Source: an uncultured Verrucomicrobiota bacterium (GTDB lineage: Bacteria > Verrucomicrobiota > Kiritimatiellia > RFP12 > UBA3636). Taken from it: a stretch of 64,000 bases of DNA. Below are positions 60,240 to 64,000 of this stretch, piece by piece. The notes beneath the pieces were generated by a model, which was given only the letters and a program-made list of their open reading frames with translations, was not told where the DNA came from and did no database searches. A program made the translations under genes and the position numbers. The stretch covers positions 302 to 64,301 of the forward strand of contig CASEAR010000117.1 of assembly GCA_949285835.1 (NCBI GenBank), written 5' to 3'. Numbering within the stretch: position 1 is the first letter of the stretch; every line of letters begins with the position of its first letter.

Positions 60240-62378
60240 TCAGTATATGAAGAGCATCTCCCGGTATTTCGGCAAAGGCCACGCATCGTCGTCCACGACA
60301 GACTCAAGAGAATCGACTATGGTTCGCATTTTTTTCATGGCAGGAACCACTCCGTCTCCGTTTTCCTTAAGTTCTTCGGACAGATCCTCGCACGCAGTAT
60401 GCAGACGATCCAGAAGCTCACCGATAACGCGAAGCTCTTCTTTCAGTGCGGACTCTCCCTGCCCTCCGCCGGTACTCTGCGAACAGGACAGTGCGCCTGC
60501 GATCTTCACAAACTCGCTTCTCGCTGCCGGCAATACCATATTCCTCGCAATTTCCAGAGAAATGCCGCCCTCTATATTTATCCGGCGGCGGTATTCAGCA
60601 AGAAAGACCTCGTATCTCGAAATCATTTCTATTTTTGAAAACACACCGTACTTCTCCACCAGATCCTGATTTTCCGCATCAAGCAGAGGCTTGAGCGCTT
60701 CCGGTGTAGAGGACAGATTAGGCAAGCCTCTTCTGCCAGCCTCCGCCACCCATTCGGCGCTGTAACCATTCCCGTTGAATATTACGCGGCGGTGCTTTGA
60801 AATCACATCCTTCACAACCTGCTGAAGGCCGTCGTTGAACTCCTCCGGAGAGAGTTTCTCCAGCCTTCCGGACATATAGTCCATGGACTCGGCTGCGATT
60901 ATGTTCAACATCATGCAGACTCCCGCGCACGACTGGCTGGCGCCCGGCGCGCGGAACTCAAACTTGTTGCCGGTAAACGCAAACGGACTTGTGCGGTTGC
61001 GGTCCGTTGCGTCACGCGGCAGCGGCGGCAGCGTATCCACTCCCATGCGCATCTCGCAGGAGCGCCTGCCCGATTTTTCCGAACCGTCGAGTATCCTGTC
61101 AAGAATGCCGCTCAGCTGGTCGCCGAGATAAATCGAAATGATGGCCGGGGGGGCCTCGTTGGAGCCGAGCCGCAGGTCATTGCCTGCGCTGCAAGTCGTT
61201 GACCTAAGCAAGTCTGCGTGCTTGTCTATTCCCCTTATCACGGCCGCAAGCACCGTCAGGAATATCATGTTCTGCTCCGGATCGTTGCCCGGATCAAACA
61301 GGTTGCGATCCCCGTATTGCACCGACCAGTTGTTGTGTTTACCGGAGCCGTTGACCCCGGCGAACGGTTTCTCATGCAGCAGACATACAAGCCCGTGCCT
61401 GTCCGCTACAGTTCTGAGCACCTCCATGACAAGCATGTTGTGGTCGACCGACAAATTCAGCTCCTCGAAAACAGGCGCAAGCTCGAACTGCGCCGGAGCC
61501 GCCTCGTTGTGACGTGTTTTCGCCGGAATGCCGAGTTTCCAAAGTTCCTCTTCTGCTTCCGCCATGAAATTGGCGACTCTGGGCTTTATTGAACCGAAAT
61601 AATGATCCTCCAGCTGCTGGTGCTTGGACGGAGGCGCGCCGAAAACGGTACGTCCGCACTGAAGCAGGTCCGGCCTGTGCAGATAGAACCTCTTGTCGAT
61701 GAGGAAAAACTCCTGCTCCGCACCGAGCGTAATCTTTACGGGCAGGCTGTTCGGCATCCCGAAGCATGACATCAGCCTTCTCACCGACGCTTTAAGCGCC
61801 TGCATCGAACGCAAAAGCGGAGTCTTCTTGTCCAGCGCCTCCCCTGTATAGCTGCAGAATGCAGTCGGTATGCACAAAATTGCATCCTTGGAATAGCGCT
61901 TTATGAATGCCGGGCTTGTCGGATCCCAGGCAGTGTATCCGCGAGCCTCGAATGTGGAACGTATCCCGCCGGATGGGAAACTTGACGCATCGGATTCCCC
62001 CACTATCAGGTTCTTGCCGGAAAACGACATTATCGCCTCGCCGTGCCCGGCTGGCTCCATGAATGCGTCGTGCTTCTCCGCCGTTCCTCCGTTAAGCGGC
62101 TGGAACCAGTGTGTATAATGCGTTGCGCCACGGTCTATCGCCCACTCTTTCATGGCATGCGCCACATCCCCGGCAATCGAAGGATCAAGAGGAACCCCGT
62201 TGTTTATCGTCTCCAGAAGCGCTTCCGCGATACCTTTGGGCAGATACTTGCGTATCGCCTTCTCATTAAAGACGTCAACCCCGTACATATCAAGATTTGT
62301 ACGTCCTGCCCCGCAGGGAGTTCCTGAAAAATCCTCCGCGATTTTGTCTATCGCCATGATACGGTTATAACTGCCCAT
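60240..62378 (-). CDS. glnN: Glutamine synthetase type III
   Basis: GATHYTHWFQPL, DASSFPSGG..TFEARGYTAWD, HNEAAPAQFE, HEKPFAGVNGSGKHNNWS, DRNRTSPFAFTGNKFEFR, WPLPKYREMLF; GGAGG before ATG 62378. Confidence 0.96.
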   Translation of the reverse strand: MGSYNRIMAIDKIAEDFSGTPCGAGRTNLDMYGVDVFNEKAIRKYLPKGIAEALLETINNGVPLDPSIAGDVAHAMKEWAIDRGATHYTHWFQPLNGGTAEKHDAFMEPAGHGEAIMSFSGKNLIVGESDASSFPSGGIRSTFEARGYTAWDPTSPAFIKRYSKDAILCIPTAFCSYTGEALDKKTPLLRSMQALKASVRRLMSCFGMPNSLPVKITLGAEQEFFLIDKRFYLHRPDLLQCGRTVFGAPPSKHQQLEDHYFGSIKPRVANFMAEAEEELWKLGIPAKTRHNEAAPAQFELAPVFEELNLSVDHNMLVMEVLRTVADRHGLVCLLHEKPFAGVNGSGKHNNWSVQYGDRNLFDPGNDPEQNMIFLTVLAAVIRGIDKHADLLRSTTCSAGNDLRLGSNEAPPAIISIYLGDQLSGILDRILDGSEKSGRRSCEMRMGVDTLPPLPRDATDRNRTSPFAFTGNKFEFRAPGASQSCAGVCMMLNIIAAESMDYMSGRLEKLSPEEFNDGLQQVVKDVISKHRRVIFNGNGYSAEWVAEAGRRGLPNLSSTPEALKPLLDAENQDLVEKYGVFSKIEMISRYEVFLAEYRRRINIEGGISLEIARNMVLPAARSEFVKIAGALSCSQSTGGGQGESALKEELRVIGELLDRLHTACEDLSEELKENGDGVVPAMKKMRTIVDSLESVVDDDAWPLPKYREMLFIY

Positions 62379-62659
62379 CCCGCCTCCGGTTACAATCATC
62401 TTTCCAATAAAATCTGTCAGCCGCAACAACCTTCACGGCTCAGTATTCTATCACAAGAAATTGTCCGAGGGCTAAAAAACTTTATTCTAAAGACAGAAAC
62501 ATATTGTATCATAAGACAGATACTGAACGAAAACACAGCTTGACGGCCTTATCAGGTGATGAGTCAAGTACTTGCCTCAGTACAATGGAAGAATGAAAAA
62601 CATAACCAGAAAGGCTGCAGCCGAATATTTGGAACAACGCCTCGCATTATGTCATACTG

Positions 62660-63470
62660 AAATCTCGCTCTGCAAAGAACCGGCTGTTGAATGAATTTTG
62701 CAGAGTGAAAAGCCGCGAAAGCATGTATACCAGTAAACTGCCTCGAGAAACGCTGAAATTCCGCGAACATTCCGGACGAGAATGTACATATACTGGCAAG
62801 GCGTCCGAACTCATTGGGGGAATGCATCGGTATTCCGGATGCATTTGTTCGCAGTACCCGGCTGCTGGGATCGAAAAACATTTCGCAGAATTCAGAGATA
62901 GCTGTCATGTCTCGCTAAGAGAAGAGGACAAGATTCTCAAAATCAGCGTCGGCACAATCGGCAGGCACCTCAAGGAGAAACGAAAATCTTAGCTCGATGC
63001 GAAAAACCTATGCCAAACCATCAAGCCGCCCGACTCGAATTATAATGACGTGGAGTCAAAAGAAACGCAGCTTGCAGCGACCATCACGCCTGAGAATGTG
63101 CAGACAGCCACTGCCGCGCCCTGCATATACGATATGTCCGGCACCTTAATTTGGATGCTTTTACTTGTGAACAAACGAACGCAATGAATTGAATTCCATC
63201 CCGTTCAGAACAAAAGCGCAGCCGATATTTTCGCTGCATTGGAAAAATCATCGATGCTTTCCATGTCAAATCACTTCACTATTCGGCAGTAGCTGCGAAT
63301 TCATGAACGCCCATCTTGTTCGATTTGTGCAATAATATCAGCAAATCAAGCATGGCCATCCCATATCCGTCAAATGCAATAATGGTAATGCGCATGTGGG
63401 AGTAAAGAACGAAAAGAAGGAATGGAAACATCGTACGAGGCATTTTCGGCGAAGCCGGTTATGATATGAC
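62660..63470 (+). mobile_element. Heavily decayed DDE (rve-type) transposase remnant
   Basis: Motifs in expected order across stops and frameshifts: RLLNEFC, SGCICS, ILKISVGTIGRHLK, VQNKSAADIFAAL, CEFMN, NGNAHVGVKN (compare ILDEFC, ISAATIDRLL, GSEFIN, NDNAHVEQKN); boundaries approximate. Confidence 0.75.
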
Positions 63471-63535
63471 GATCCAACTATGCCTTCACTCAATACGGGA
63501 ATATGTAAAAAAAAATTAAAATCAACAAAAACCGC

Positions 63536-63564
63536 TTGAAAAGGTATTAAACACCTGTTATATT
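63536..63564 (+). promoter_or_regulatory. Putative sigma70 promoter with palindromic operator in the spacer
   Basis: TTGAAA-17 bp-TATATT; spacer holds AGGT-aTTaAAc-ACCT (63542-63556); AAGGAGG at 63574. Confidence 0.6.
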
Positions 63565-63587
63565 AGAAGGCACAAGGAGGAAATAAT

Positions 63588-63818
63588 ATGGTAAACATGC
63601 CGTCTATAAACAAATCTTACATCGGGTTTAACCTCGACGTCGAGCTAGTTGCGCTCGCAAAGCGCGAGGCGAAAAACCGGAAGATGACGCTGACTGACTT
63701 TGTTCAGTACATCATCCAAAAGGAACTGGATAAATCCGGGACGGAATTGACCAATGAAGACACAGAATGGATTATTGAGCAGATTAGAAAGAACAAGGAG
63801 AAGCGTAACAATGGCTAA
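63588..63818 (+). CDS. Small ribbon-helix-helix-like DNA-binding protein
   Basis: Strong RBS; YIGFNLD strand, ELVALAKREAKNR helix, MTLTDFVQYII helix. Confidence 0.7.
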   Translation: MVNMPSINKSYIGFNLDVELVALAKREAKNRKMTLTDFVQYIIQKELDKSGTELTNEDTEWIIEQIRKNKEKRNNG

Positions 63819-64000
63819 CAACTCGATTAAAATAACGGTCTCACTCCCGATCGCATTATAGTACATTTGTGAAGAGCAGTATCTGTACATCAATTTGTGC
63901 AGCCGTTCTGTTCAGCTTGTCAGGCGCAACAAACAGACAAAAGCGCAAGAAAACAGGAAAACCCGTGATACGCCAAAGACTCCGGCCGAAAGCGCGATTC
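63811..64000 (+). pseudogene. Second RHH-like ORF with in-frame TAG at 63859-63861, running off the window end
   Basis: MANNSIKITVSLPIAL*YICEEQYLYINLCSRSVQLVRR; AAGGAG upstream; overlaps the first RHH stop. Confidence 0.4.

Overview
Bacterial chromosomal window, GC-rich and mostly housekeeping. A PVC-superphylum organism (Kiritimatiellia/Verrucomicrobia-like) is inferred from grpE-dnaJ without dnaK, the RRM protein, the bactofilin pair, the YnbE-YdbL fusion, the autotransporter-strand repeat protein and type III glutamine synthetase. Core genes: grpE, dnaJ, rsmE, argC, hisA, recJ, rarA, mfd, recC-recB-recD, rlmI, yajL-like, kdgK-like, glnN and three tRNAs (Arg-CCG, Tyr-GTA, Ser-GCT). Accessory content: large secreted carbohydrate-active proteins (two adjacent ones each split by a one-base frameshift, a GH50-like enzyme with a duplicated N-terminal domain, and a 1407-aa glycosidase-like/beta-helix fusion), a divergent phosphoribosyltransferase plus cytosine-permease-like operon with a structured leader, and a six-gene export operon (TolC, 14-Cys protein, HlyD-like adaptor, heterodimeric ABC exporter, DUF523/TudS-like). 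The window ends in a decayed transposase and a ribbon-helix-helix gene pair. The best candidates for undescribed systems are the export operon with its multi-metal-finger gene and the PRT/permease/leader module. All calls come from motif recognition by eye; no searches were run.
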